The notes beneath the pieces are model-generated. The model saw only the letters and a list, made by a program, of their open reading frames with translations. It had not been told where the DNA came from and did no database searches. Shown one piece after another: positions 17,637 to 26,332 of a DNA stretch of 64,000 bases. This DNA is from a virus, in the IMG/VR virus record IMGVR_UViG_3300018080_000117, positions 64,001-128,000 of that record, one strand, 5' to 3'. Each line of letters opens with the position of its first letter. Position 1 is the first letter of the stretch. A program made the translations under genes and the position numbers.

Positions 17637-18050
17637 ATGACCACAGACGACGAGTTCTTTGATATTTTGGATACTCAATTGGTTGAAAAACCGATCGAAC
17701 CCAAGATACCATTAGAGCAGTTGGACCCTCCAGAAACGTGTACCGTAGAAGACATTCGAAAAACACATGTCTACCCAGAAGGGATAAAAGACCAGCTCGA
17801 TAAGTACGAAAAGTTTTTGAAGGAGATGGCCAGTGCTAACGACAAAATTCAAAAAATTTTGGAGAGCTGGTTCAACGAGGAAAGCAATGAACAAGATCGC
17901 CTAAAAAGGTTCGTACAAGGGATAAAAATTCTACAATACCGAATGATCGTAAGTGTTATTTCAAACAACCTAAACGCAGACGATGCCCAGAAATACGTCA
18001 ACCTCTACCAAGAATTGGTACAAGCGGAACTACAACTTAGAAAAGGGTAA
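17637..18050 (+). CDS. hypothetical protein
   Basis: 137-aa helical ORF in the operon. Confidence 0.6.
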   Translation: MTTDDEFFDILDTQLVEKPIEPKIPLEQLDPPETCTVEDIRKTHVYPEGIKDQLDKYEKFLKEMASANDKIQKILESWFNEESNEQDRLKRFVQGIKILQYRMIVSVISNNLNADDAQKYVNLYQELVQAELQLRKG

Positions 18051-18052
18051 CG

Positions 18053-18238
18053 ATGAACGCCAAAGTTACAGACGCATTTGTTCAAGCTTTTAGAAGCGAG
18101 GCAGACTACCACGACGCTTTTGCAAATCTAGTTGCTACAGGTGTCTTGCCGCTAGGAGTGGTAAAAGACGATCCAAGAGTAAAGGACATAGTTTTACGTT
18201 GTCAAAAGGCACGCAATGAAAATCTTAATCACCGTTGA
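18053..18238 (+). CDS. hypothetical protein
   Basis: 61-aa ORF, coupled to its neighbours. Confidence 0.5.
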   Translation: MNAKVTDAFVQAFRSEADYHDAFANLVATGVLPLGVVKDDPRVKDIVLRCQKARNENLNHR

Positions 18239-19643
18239 CCCGCACCGTCTAAAAGTATCTCCTAAAATACCAAAGTACCTGCTTGAAAATTTGTGTTTGT
18301 ACACTCGTTACAGGGTTGATAATTACGAGTACACCGTTAGGGGGCAGGAAGGATGGAACGGCTATGTCAATACGTTCAACGTTTACAAACAAGAGGCTCC
18401 TGCTGGTTTGTGGCGGCGTATTCAAAATTTTTTCAAAAACGAAGAATTCGATGTCGAAGTTGTTTGGGCTGAATGCAAACCTCTTGGAAAAAAGAAGCCA
18501 TGGGTACACACCCTAGACCTTGCCCACCACCAAATAAGATCCGTAGAGGCTGCTGTAAAAGGGCGTTACGGAATTATCGACGGGGCAATCAGGTCAGGCA
18601 AAACAGCGATCATGGGGGCGATCCTAAACAAAATTAATCGAACACCTGCAATTGTTCTAACCGTTGGTAAAGACTTAGTGATTCAAACATCCCGTGAATT
18701 GGAGCGTTTCACAGATTTTGAAGTAGGCAGTCTTGTAGATTCCAAGTATGAAAAGGGAGAGGTGCTGGTTACGAGCTATCATGCTCTTATCTCTGCTCTA
18801 AAAAACCGATCGGAAACAACAGAAAAAACGAAGCAACGCAACAAAGAGATCAGAAAATTTGTTGGGGATACTGACGTGCTTTTACTCGATGAGTGCCATT
18901 ACGCCTTAGCGCCCAAAACCGCAAAGGCCTTAAAGAAGCTTAGTCCAGCTTATAAGATCGGCTTGTCTGGAACGCCTAACAGAGAAGGCACACAGACAAC
19001 TGAACGAGAAGCTGCGCTAGGACCAACCCTTTGTCGAGTAAGCTTACAACAAATGGTTGAAATCGGAAGGTTGGCAAAACCGCTAACAATTTGGTACGAG
19101 CTTCCTGCACAGTGGTATCTCAAAGACGGGATTTATGATTTTGGAGAAGACTACGATTCAAACATTATTAAGAACGCTTACCGCAACCAGTTCATCAAAG
19201 AAATCGTTGATAACCTTTATTCAAAGGGCAAATCCTCGTTCGTTATGGTTTCTAAGATTGAGCACGGCAAGGAACTAGAAAGGCTTATCCCCAAAAGTTA
19301 CTTCGTTCGAGGAGCAGTCAGTACTAAGGTTAGATGGAACATGTATCGTGCTGTGCAAGAAGGGAAGCTTTCTTGCGTGATTTCAACAGTCTCCAAACTT
19401 GGCCTAGACCTACCAAAATTAAATGCAGTGATCAACGCAGAAGGCTACCGAAGCAAAACAAGCACAGTGCAGAAGCTGCGATCATTGACCGGCATTGAAG
19501 GCAAAAGGGTCGGGTTGATTATCGACTTCTTGGACCATTCGAAGTACACGCAAAGACACAGTATTCAGAGGTTGAAGTTGTACAAATCTAAACAGTTTGT
19601 GATCAAAAAACGCCAAGTACCGGAGGATTACTATGGGAAATAA
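18216..19643 (+). CDS. superfamily 2 DNA helicase (UvsW/XPB-like)
   Basis: Q motif HQ, Walker A AIRSGKT, DECH, GLSGTP, GLDLP, IIDFLD. Confidence 0.9.
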   Translation: MKILITVDPHRLKVSPKIPKYLLENLCLYTRYRVDNYEYTVRGQEGWNGYVNTFNVYKQEAPAGLWRRIQNFFKNEEFDVEVVWAECKPLGKKKPWVHTLDLAHHQIRSVEAAVKGRYGIIDGAIRSGKTAIMGAILNKINRTPAIVLTVGKDLVIQTSRELERFTDFEVGSLVDSKYEKGEVLVTSYHALISALKNRSETTEKTKQRNKEIRKFVGDTDVLLLDECHYALAPKTAKALKKLSPAYKIGLSGTPNREGTQTTEREAALGPTLCRVSLQQMVEIGRLAKPLTIWYELPAQWYLKDGIYDFGEDYDSNIIKNAYRNQFIKEIVDNLYSKGKSSFVMVSKIEHGKELERLIPKSYFVRGAVSTKVRWNMYRAVQEGKLSCVISTVSKLGLDLPKLNAVINAEGYRSKTSTVQKLRSLTGIEGKRVGLIIDFLDHSKYTQRHSIQRLKLYKSKQFVIKKRQVPEDYYGK

Positions 19644-20172
19644 GCCGGTCTGCAAACGAAGAACCTTGCTTTTTACCGACGACCCTATCGAACGAAAAAT
19701 TATTGAAATGGCTTCTACCTTATCTAGTCAAAACGACCGGCTAAAAAAACAGATCGAAAAATCTGGCGCTTGGGCAGCCCAGAAGCATGTTGACCAGTGG
19801 AGACCTTTTGACTTCCTACATTACTTCAATGACCTTTATGAACAACGCTACCGTCGCCAATACCACCTAAAAGGAAGTTTAGTTCGTGCCTATGATCAAA
19901 TCGAAAAATTTATGCGGGAAGTAGACGCAGATAACAAGACGTTTAAGAGTTTTATCGATATAGCTTTTGCCAGGCACTTCAACGATTTCGCTCCTCCAAC
20001 ACTTCAACACATTATCAACAAAACAATCTTTTCGAAAGTGATGAAAAAGCACAAACCAAGTAAAAGACTGACAGACTTAGACCACCGAATCGCTAGAGAA
20101 TCTTTTATCGAAGACGAGCACGACCCCTACGCTTACTTGGACGAAATGATTGCTAATGAGTGCCTACACTGA
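19633..20172 (+). CDS. hypothetical protein, candidate replication initiator or loader partner
   Basis: Sits directly upstream of the DnaC-like and DnaB genes; helical composition. Confidence 0.45.
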   Translation: MGNKPVCKRRTLLFTDDPIERKIIEMASTLSSQNDRLKKQIEKSGAWAAQKHVDQWRPFDFLHYFNDLYEQRYRRQYHLKGSLVRAYDQIEKFMREVDADNKTFKSFIDIAFARHFNDFAPPTLQHIINKTIFSKVMKKHKPSKRLTDLDHRIARESFIEDEHDPYAYLDEMIANECLH

Positions 20173-20872
20173 CCTTGAGAAAATAAAAAAAAATTGCAAG
20201 CTCTGTGCTGGTATTGGAATGGTTCTCGTTGACGACGAACTACAATACTGCAAGTGCGTTCAACGGATTCGTCAAAAAGCTAAGCTTATTGACGCAAACA
20301 TTCCAAAGCAGTACTGGGATTTTCACATCGCGGATATTCACCAAAGCTTCAAAGAAGACAACAAAAAAGAATTCCATGCAGTACAAGCGTACATCAAACG
20401 CATAAGGGCAAACATCCGCAACGGTAAGGGGCTTTGGTTGTGGAGCCCTCCCGGTATGGGTAAAAGCACTTGTATTGCAGACATTCTCAGATCTGCGATC
20501 GCTACTGAGCACAAAGCTTACTTCTTGAAAGCAGCAAAGGTTGTTGAGCTTAGGATGAAGGCTCTTCGATCTGCTGAGGCTTCTGGCTTAGTAGACTACT
20601 TGTTATCTAAGGTAGACATTATTGCGGTTGAGGAAATAGAAAAAGTTTACCTAGCTTCGGAAGACACGCTACCAAACACGTTATTTTTTGATTTTCTTTC
20701 TGACTTATACGATTCGAAAAGAGCGCTGCTAGTTACTTCAAACTGTTCCCCCGCTAAGGTAATTGAAAAGTTCCCTACGTATATTGCAGACAGGTTGCGT
20801 TTGTTGAAAGTTCTACGATTTACGGGGAAGTTTTCGGGGCGTAAACTGGCGCAGGCAAATGCTCGAACTTAG
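20156..20872 (+). CDS. DnaC/IstB-like AAA+ helicase loader
   Basis: CKLC..G...YCKC Zn motif, ANIP, SPPGMGKS Walker A, IAVEEI Walker B, LVTSN, DRL. Confidence 0.85.
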   Translation: MSAYTDLEKIKKNCKLCAGIGMVLVDDELQYCKCVQRIRQKAKLIDANIPKQYWDFHIADIHQSFKEDNKKEFHAVQAYIKRIRANIRNGKGLWLWSPPGMGKSTCIADILRSAIATEHKAYFLKAAKVVELRMKALRSAEASGLVDYLLSKVDIIAVEEIEKVYLASEDTLPNTLFFDFLSDLYDSKRALLVTSNCSPAKVIEKFPTYIADRLRLLKVLRFTGKFSGRKLAQANART

Positions 20873-22235
20873 ATCTGACAAGGTCGAAAAAAGATTACTG
20901 TCCTTCTACTTTCGTAAGCCTTACTTTGCCAGGCTTGTCGATCTCGACGAGAACAAGTTTTTTACTCGTGCGAAGTACCGTACCTTAGCCCGTCTTGCCA
21001 AAAGCTACATAAAAAAATACCAACAGCCGCCTACCAAAAAGGTTCTGTACGAATACACCAAAGACACAGAACGGCACTCAAACGTTGACGAGATCGGGTC
21101 AGCGATGTCTTTAATGGCGACCCTCCCAAAACCACGTAAGGATGAGTTTGAATACTTACTTGACCGAGGCAAAGACCTTCTTCTAACCCGCAACCTCTAC
21201 GACGTAGCGGACCACATAAAAAACGCTCTTGAGTCTGACGGAGAATTAAAGGAGACCCATCGTAAGGTCCTCACGTCCCTTCTGCGAGCAGACGAGACGA
21301 GGACGGCTAACCGTATGGGGTTTCTGCACGAGACCGCACAGGAGCGCTGGAACACGTTTGTGCGGCAGGATCACAAGGATGACATTATTCGCTTTGGCAT
21401 GGACCCCCTAGACGAAGCCTTAGGAGGCATGCGAAAAACGTTCACGACTTTGATCTACTCCAAAACCGGTGGTGGTAAGACCAGGACCGCTGTCAACGTT
21501 GCGATCAATGCGGCTAGGCAAGGCAAAAATGTTATCTATTTCTCGCTTGAGATGGCAACCGAACTTATCGGGGCTGTGTTCGACAGTCGATTAGCTTGGT
21601 TAGACTCTTCCAAAATCGTATTTTCTAAGCTAAGTCAACAAGAAAAACGAAAATACCGAATAATGCTAAAAAAGCAAGTTCAGAAAAAGCTCGGTGTTTA
21701 CATTGTGGACATTCCTTCGAACGCAACCACGTCAGATTTGTACGAGGCTGTGGAGACCTACAGGGCTGTCACAGGGCTCGAACCCGACTTGGCCATCCTC
21801 GACTACGCCAATCTGCTCGAACCGCTTAGATCGTACGCTGGCCGTTCTGAGAAGTACGACGTTCTTTTCAAAGAGCTACACGAGTTTGCCCGAGCACAGC
21901 GAGTTGCTTTGCTAACAGCTACCCAGGAGAAGCGCCAGAGCAACGACAACAAGAAGGATAAGGACCCTTACGAACCAGATATCGAAAACATCGGCCTAAG
22001 TAATTACATGGCCGTGCACTGCGAGACGGTACTAAGGTTAGTCCAGACTGAGGAAGACAAACTCCAAAACAGTTTGTGGATTGTCGTGGACAAGAGCCGC
22101 TACAGCGCAGTGGGGACTAAGATTTCTCTAATTGCACTGTGGAGCCACTCGTACGTAGGCGATCGGTTTGTTGGAAATATTCCCGGTGTGCGCGTTGTAA
22201 AAAGGAGAAAAAAGAGTAAGAAAAAGAAAGAATGA
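20859..22235 (+). CDS. dnaB: replicative DnaB-like helicase
   Basis: LDEALGG, SKTGGGKT, YFSLEM, ILDYANL, TATQ, KSR. Confidence 0.9.
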   Translation: MLELRSDKVEKRLLSFYFRKPYFARLVDLDENKFFTRAKYRTLARLAKSYIKKYQQPPTKKVLYEYTKDTERHSNVDEIGSAMSLMATLPKPRKDEFEYLLDRGKDLLLTRNLYDVADHIKNALESDGELKETHRKVLTSLLRADETRTANRMGFLHETAQERWNTFVRQDHKDDIIRFGMDPLDEALGGMRKTFTTLIYSKTGGGKTRTAVNVAINAARQGKNVIYFSLEMATELIGAVFDSRLAWLDSSKIVFSKLSQQEKRKYRIMLKKQVQKKLGVYIVDIPSNATTSDLYEAVETYRAVTGLEPDLAILDYANLLEPLRSYAGRSEKYDVLFKELHEFARAQRVALLTATQEKRQSNDNKKDKDPYEPDIENIGLSNYMAVHCETVLRLVQTEEDKLQNSLWIVVDKSRYSAVGTKISLIALWSHSYVGDRFVGNIPGVRVVKRRKKSKKKKE

Positions 22236-22705
22236 ATACTCTTACTCTTTTGGAGACTCTTGAATTTACGGGAATTCAAGAAGCCGGTGACGGGAAGTAC
22301 CGCTGCTTATGCCCCTTCCACAAAGAAACTAAGCCATCCTTTTACGCCTACCCAGACGGAACTTATCACTGCTTCGGTTGCTTAGCCCATGGAGATTTGT
22401 GGGAATTAGGGGACGAAGAGGATTTGGCCTGGAACGTAGCGCGATTAGAGATAAGTTTTTCGAAAAACGGGTACAACCCAAAAAAGCTTAGGTCTAGATT
22501 TTGCTCTGTGGTAAACAAGCTGATCGCGAAAGGCAACCTTGGCCCTCGAATCCAAAACCGTGTGTGGGAAGCGTTTGACCGAGCAGACTTAGTTGCTACA
22601 GCGAAATCCAATAATTTGCTTGACTACGATCTTTCAATGCGTCTGAGTCTACACAAAATAGCTAAAGGAGTAAAACACCATGCCTCAAAAAAAACAAACG
22701 CCTAA
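22232..22705 (+). CDS. stand-alone CHC2 primase zinc-finger protein
   Basis: CPFHKETKPSF...YHCFGC..HGD at the N-terminus, with no TOPRIM domain. Confidence 0.85.
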   Translation: MNTLTLLETLEFTGIQEAGDGKYRCLCPFHKETKPSFYAYPDGTYHCFGCLAHGDLWELGDEEDLAWNVARLEISFSKNGYNPKKLRSRFCSVVNKLIAKGNLGPRIQNRVWEAFDRADLVATAKSNNLLDYDLSMRLSLHKIAKGVKHHASKKTNA

Positions 22706-23705
22706 AGAAATGCAAACCTTGTTGAAACAAACACCTAGAGAAATGCAAACCTTGTTGATTCAAGATTGCGAGGTTGGAGAAGAGTACCTTACTAAGTATG
22801 GAAAAATTATCAAGCTGCTAGCGTTGAAGCCAAAGCCCAGGGTTCTGGTTCCCGCAATCGACACTGAAGTCGAGGTAGGGTTGGAATACGAAGTGTACGC
22901 GGTACCTTTGACGTCGACCGAAGATCAAATTGAAGCAGAGATCGAAAAATCTAAGCCTCTCGAAAAAGAGCTTCGTAGCAGCAGTAACAACGACAAACCT
23001 AAACCCAAGCGCAAGGTTCTGGTCAAGTCGAAAAAGACAAGCCGCAAAGACATGCAAATCACCAAGGATAACTCTGTTTCAAAAAGCGACGACCTTGAAG
23101 CAGAGGAACTTTTTTACTTTTGTCCTGAGGCATCAGAAGAAGTTGAAGAAGAAATTTTGACCGAGGAAGACCTAGAAGAGGTTTTGGAAGAACCAGAAGA
23201 AGAAGAACCAGAAGAAGAAGAACCAGAAGAAGAAGAACCAGAAGAAGAAGAAGAACCAGAAGAAGAAGAACCAGAAGAAGAAGAACCAGAAGAAGAAGAA
23301 CCAGAAGAAGAAGAACCAGAAGAAGAAGAACCAGAAGAAGAAGAACCAGAAGAAGAACCAAAGAAAAAGACAAGACGGACAAAAAAGCCCGCTGAAAAAA
23401 AGAAGCCTGCGAAGAAGGTTTCCGAAAAGAAAAAGAAGGCTGTGAAAAAGCCCACCGCAAAGAAAAAGAAGACCGCAAAGAAAAAGGAGATGCCTAAAAC
23501 AGCAAAAGACTTTGTTGTGTCTTTGTTGAAAGTCTCGAAGTGGGAACGTGGGCAAATTGCCGAACAACTTATTGAGCACGGTTACACGAAAAAGACAGAT
23601 GTCAAGTCTGTTGCTCAATACGTATCTGTCATGATCAACAACTTGAAAAAGAAAGACGGGTACAAGGTCGAAAGAGTCGCTAAAGGAACCTACCGAATAA
23701 AATAA
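22680..23705 (+). CDS. charge-block protein: acidic (EEEEP)n tract, histone-H1-like Lys-rich tract and C-terminal winged-helix-like domain
   Basis: Translated sequence; AAGGAG RBS. Confidence 0.7.
   Translation: MPQKKQTPKEMQTLLKQTPREMQTLLIQDCEVGEEYLTKYGKIIKLLALKPKPRVLVPAIDTEVEVGLEYEVYAVPLTSTEDQIEAEIEKSKPLEKELRSSSNNDKPKPKRKVLVKSKKTSRKDMQITKDNSVSKSDDLEAEELFYFCPEASEEVEEEILTEEDLEEVLEEPEEEEPEEEEPEEEEPEEEEEPEEEEPEEEEPEEEEPEEEEPEEEEPEEEEPEEEPKKKTRRTKKPAEKKKPAKKVSEKKKKAVKKPTAKKKKTAKKKEMPKTAKDFVVSLLKVSKWERGQIAEQLIEHGYTKKTDVKSVAQYVSVMINNLKKKDGYKVERVAKGTYRIK
22692..22757 (+). repeat. 33-nt tandem duplication (KQTP(K/R)EMQTLL x2)
   Basis: AAACAAACGCCTAAAGAAATGCAAACCTTGTTG and AAACAAACACCTAGAGAAATGCAAACCTTGTTG. 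Confidence 0.85.
23187..23360 (+). repeat. coding minisatellite (GAAGAAGAAGAACCA)n, ~12 units encoding EEEEP
   Basis: Uses only GAA and CCA codons; one 18-nt unit and shorter terminal units. Confidence 0.95.
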
Positions 23706-26332
23706 TGTACAGTCGAAAACACTGCGACCCAAAATGCCCTAGATACAATGAAGCACTTGCCCACCCGTGCATTCCCGGTAGGGGGCCAAGAGATGCTGAC
23801 GTAGTTTTCGTTGGCAGAGACCCAGGACAGGAAGAAATAAAACAAGGCAAGTGTTTTATTGGACCCTCTGGAAAATTGCTAAAAAACTTACTTAGAGGGT
23901 CTGGTCTAGAAGATCGTGTTTACATTACCAACGCCGTAAAATGCGGACTCGCGGGCGAAGATAAGGAACCCAGCAAACCTCTTTTGCGGCACTGCCGAAA
24001 GTACCTAGTAAAAGAAATCAAGATTGTCAAGCCTCGTTTGATAATCGCGTCTGGCAATGCCGCCCTAGAAACTGTCTTAGGCAAGACAGGGATTATGAAG
24101 TTGCAGAACCAAACGATCTACAGTAGTGAGTTTGATTGCAACGTAATCCCAGTAGTCCACCCTGCTTATGTCTTGCGCAACCCTTCTGCAATAGGGCTTC
24201 TGAGAAGTGGGTTTTCTTCTGCCGTCAATGAATTAAACAAGAAAAAAGAAAAAACTAAATACCTGGTTGCTAAAAACGCAAAGCAGGCAAGTGCCTTTCT
24301 TAGGCAGCTTGCGCAGCAAGACGCTTTTGCTTTCGATGTTGAGACAACGGGAAAGAATTACCTAACCTCAAATATTTTGTGCGTCCAGTTTACGTGGAAG
24401 TTCAAGACGGGTGTCACCATTCCTTGGGAGTTAATTGAGGACAGCGAAACAAACACAAAGCTACTAAAGCATGCGCTAGAAGGCCCTGCGGTAAAGGTTG
24501 CGCAAAACCTAAAGTTCGACATTCAATTCTTGTGGAAGTACGGCTTTGAGGTCAAAGGCCCCCACTTCGACACAATGCTTGCTCACAGCCTTCTCGATGA
24601 CAACGCCTTTGAACACAACCTCAACAGCCTTGTTTTGAAGTACCTGCCGATGGGGGCGTACTGGTCAAAGCTTGACCGATTCAAAGAGGAGTACTGCAAA
24701 GAGCACGGCATCAAAGACACAGAGTTTAGCTACGATCTGATCCCGCCTAAGGTTCTTTACGAGTACGGTGCAGGAGATACAGACGCAACTTATCGTCTTT
24801 TTCGACTGTTTGCGGACCTTCTAAAAGAGGAAAAGCAACATAAGTTTTTTTATCGCTACACGATGCCCTTTACTCCTGTGTTAGCAGAAATGGAGTACAG
24901 AGGGATCAAAGTAAAGCGAGACAAGATCAAAGTCATGATCAACGATTGTGAGAAAGAAATAGAGGATCTGACAGCGTTGATCAAAAAAGATCCTCTAACC
25001 AAACGCTACGAGACATGGAAGACGAAGCACACCTGGAAAACAAAAACGTTGACTGCCTGGAAAAAGAGCTGGACGGAAGGCAAAACAACACAGGCGCGTT
25101 TTCCTGAGTTCAAAGACTACGTAGCCCACAGAAAAAGCACAGGCAAAAAGTTAGTCAAGCACGAGTTCAACGCCAGCTCAAGTACGCAACTAAAAGAATT
25201 GTTCTTTGAGATGTTGAAACTTGAACCCATCAAGATGACAAAGAACAAAAGTAATCCCCAGCCTGCAGCCGATAAGCAGGTTATGGCAATCCTTGCAGAC
25301 GATTACGACATTGAGTTGGCTGGTTTGTTAGCTAAGCGGAACAAAGTTACTAAGTTTGTTAGCGCCTTTTTGAAACCAACTTACGAAAAAAGCGCTATTG
25401 ACGGGCGTATTCACACCACCTACGTACAAAGCGACGTCAAAACGGGAAGGCTCTCTTCTCGCGATCCAAACATGCAAAACCTACCGAAAGATCAAAAAGC
25501 TTTTCGTAGGTGCTTTGTTGCAGACAAAGGTTTTCACATTGTCAAAGCTGACTTAGGTCAAGCAGAGTTTCGTGTTTGGGCGTCAGCGTCGGGCGACAAA
25601 CAAATGATTCGAGACATTGAAAAAGGTCTCGATATCCACAGAAAGACCGCAGCAGCCGTGTTTGGTGCGAAAGAACTAGAAGACGTAACAAAAGAACAGA
25701 GGCAATCAGCCAAAGCCGCTGTGTTTGGAATGATGTACGGCATTGGCCTAAAGAAGCTTTGCAAAGATCAAAAGATTACAGAGAAGCAAGGCAAAGCTTT
25801 GTTAGAGACGTTTGGGAAAAATTACCCGCAAGCAATGGCGTACATCGAAGGCTTGGTCGCCCACGCCCACAAACACCATTATTGCTTATCTTGGATGGGG
25901 CGAAAGCGCAGACTCCCAAATATCAACAGCAAGGACGACGAAGGAAAGAGCGAACGTCAAGCGCGTAACAGCCCTATTCAAGCGGCTGCTAGCGACATGA
26001 ACAACGCATACATGGTAGCAATTCTCAATCACGCACGCAGAGAGGGAATTGAAGTCTACCCTGCTATGACAACACATGACGAGAACGCTTTGCAGGTAAA
26101 GAAAGGCAGTGTGGGCAAAGTCATCGAGATCATGGAGTACGAACTTAATAATCTTTTTAAGGGGAAATTCCATTGTCCGATGGTCTTTGATTACAAGGTC
26201 GGTCGAAGTATTCAGGGTAGGGAAGTAGAGAGTCTTGAGAAAAAAACCTGTTCTCGCTGCGGTAAAAAGTCTTTCAGAGCGGGCAATCGTTGTGTGGAGT
26301 GCTGGTTCGATGAAAGTAAAGAAAAAGACTAG
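23705..26332 (+). CDS. polA: family A DNA polymerase with N-terminal family-4 uracil-DNA glycosylase domain, 3'-5' exonuclease and C-terminal Zn ribbon
   Basis: UDG: GRDPG..E, FIGPSG, NAVKC, HPAYVLR. Exonuclease: FDVETTG, NLKFD, YGAGD. Polymerase: TGRLSS.DPNMQNLP, DLGQAEFR, RQSAKAAVFGMMYG, NSPIQ, HDE. Confidence 0.95.
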   Translation: MYSRKHCDPKCPRYNEALAHPCIPGRGPRDADVVFVGRDPGQEEIKQGKCFIGPSGKLLKNLLRGSGLEDRVYITNAVKCGLAGEDKEPSKPLLRHCRKYLVKEIKIVKPRLIIASGNAALETVLGKTGIMKLQNQTIYSSEFDCNVIPVVHPAYVLRNPSAIGLLRSGFSSAVNELNKKKEKTKYLVAKNAKQASAFLRQLAQQDAFAFDVETTGKNYLTSNILCVQFTWKFKTGVTIPWELIEDSETNTKLLKHALEGPAVKVAQNLKFDIQFLWKYGFEVKGPHFDTMLAHSLLDDNAFEHNLNSLVLKYLPMGAYWSKLDRFKEEYCKEHGIKDTEFSYDLIPPKVLYEYGAGDTDATYRLFRLFADLLKEEKQHKFFYRYTMPFTPVLAEMEYRGIKVKRDKIKVMINDCEKEIEDLTALIKKDPLTKRYETWKTKHTWKTKTLTAWKKSWTEGKTTQARFPEFKDYVAHRKSTGKKLVKHEFNASSSTQLKELFFEMLKLEPIKMTKNKSNPQPAADKQVMAILADDYDIELAGLLAKRNKVTKFVSAFLKPTYEKSAIDGRIHTTYVQSDVKTGRLSSRDPNMQNLPKDQKAFRRCFVADKGFHIVKADLGQAEFRVWASASGDKQMIRDIEKGLDIHRKTAAAVFGAKELEDVTKEQRQSAKAAVFGMMYGIGLKKLCKDQKITEKQGKALLETFGKNYPQAMAYIEGLVAHAHKHHYCLSWMGRKRRLPNINSKDDEGKSERQARNSPIQAAASDMNNAYMVAILNHARREGIEVYPAMTTHDENALQVKKGSVGKVIEIMEYELNNLFKGKFHCPMVFDYKVGRSIQGREVESLEKKTCSRCGKKSFRAGNRCVECWFDESKEKD

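Noticed and set aside
23059-23732. Minus-strand poly-Leu, poly-Ser and poly-Phe/Trp ORFs
   Set aside because: Antisense read-outs of the GAA/CCA minisatellite; the same applies to 28528-28961.
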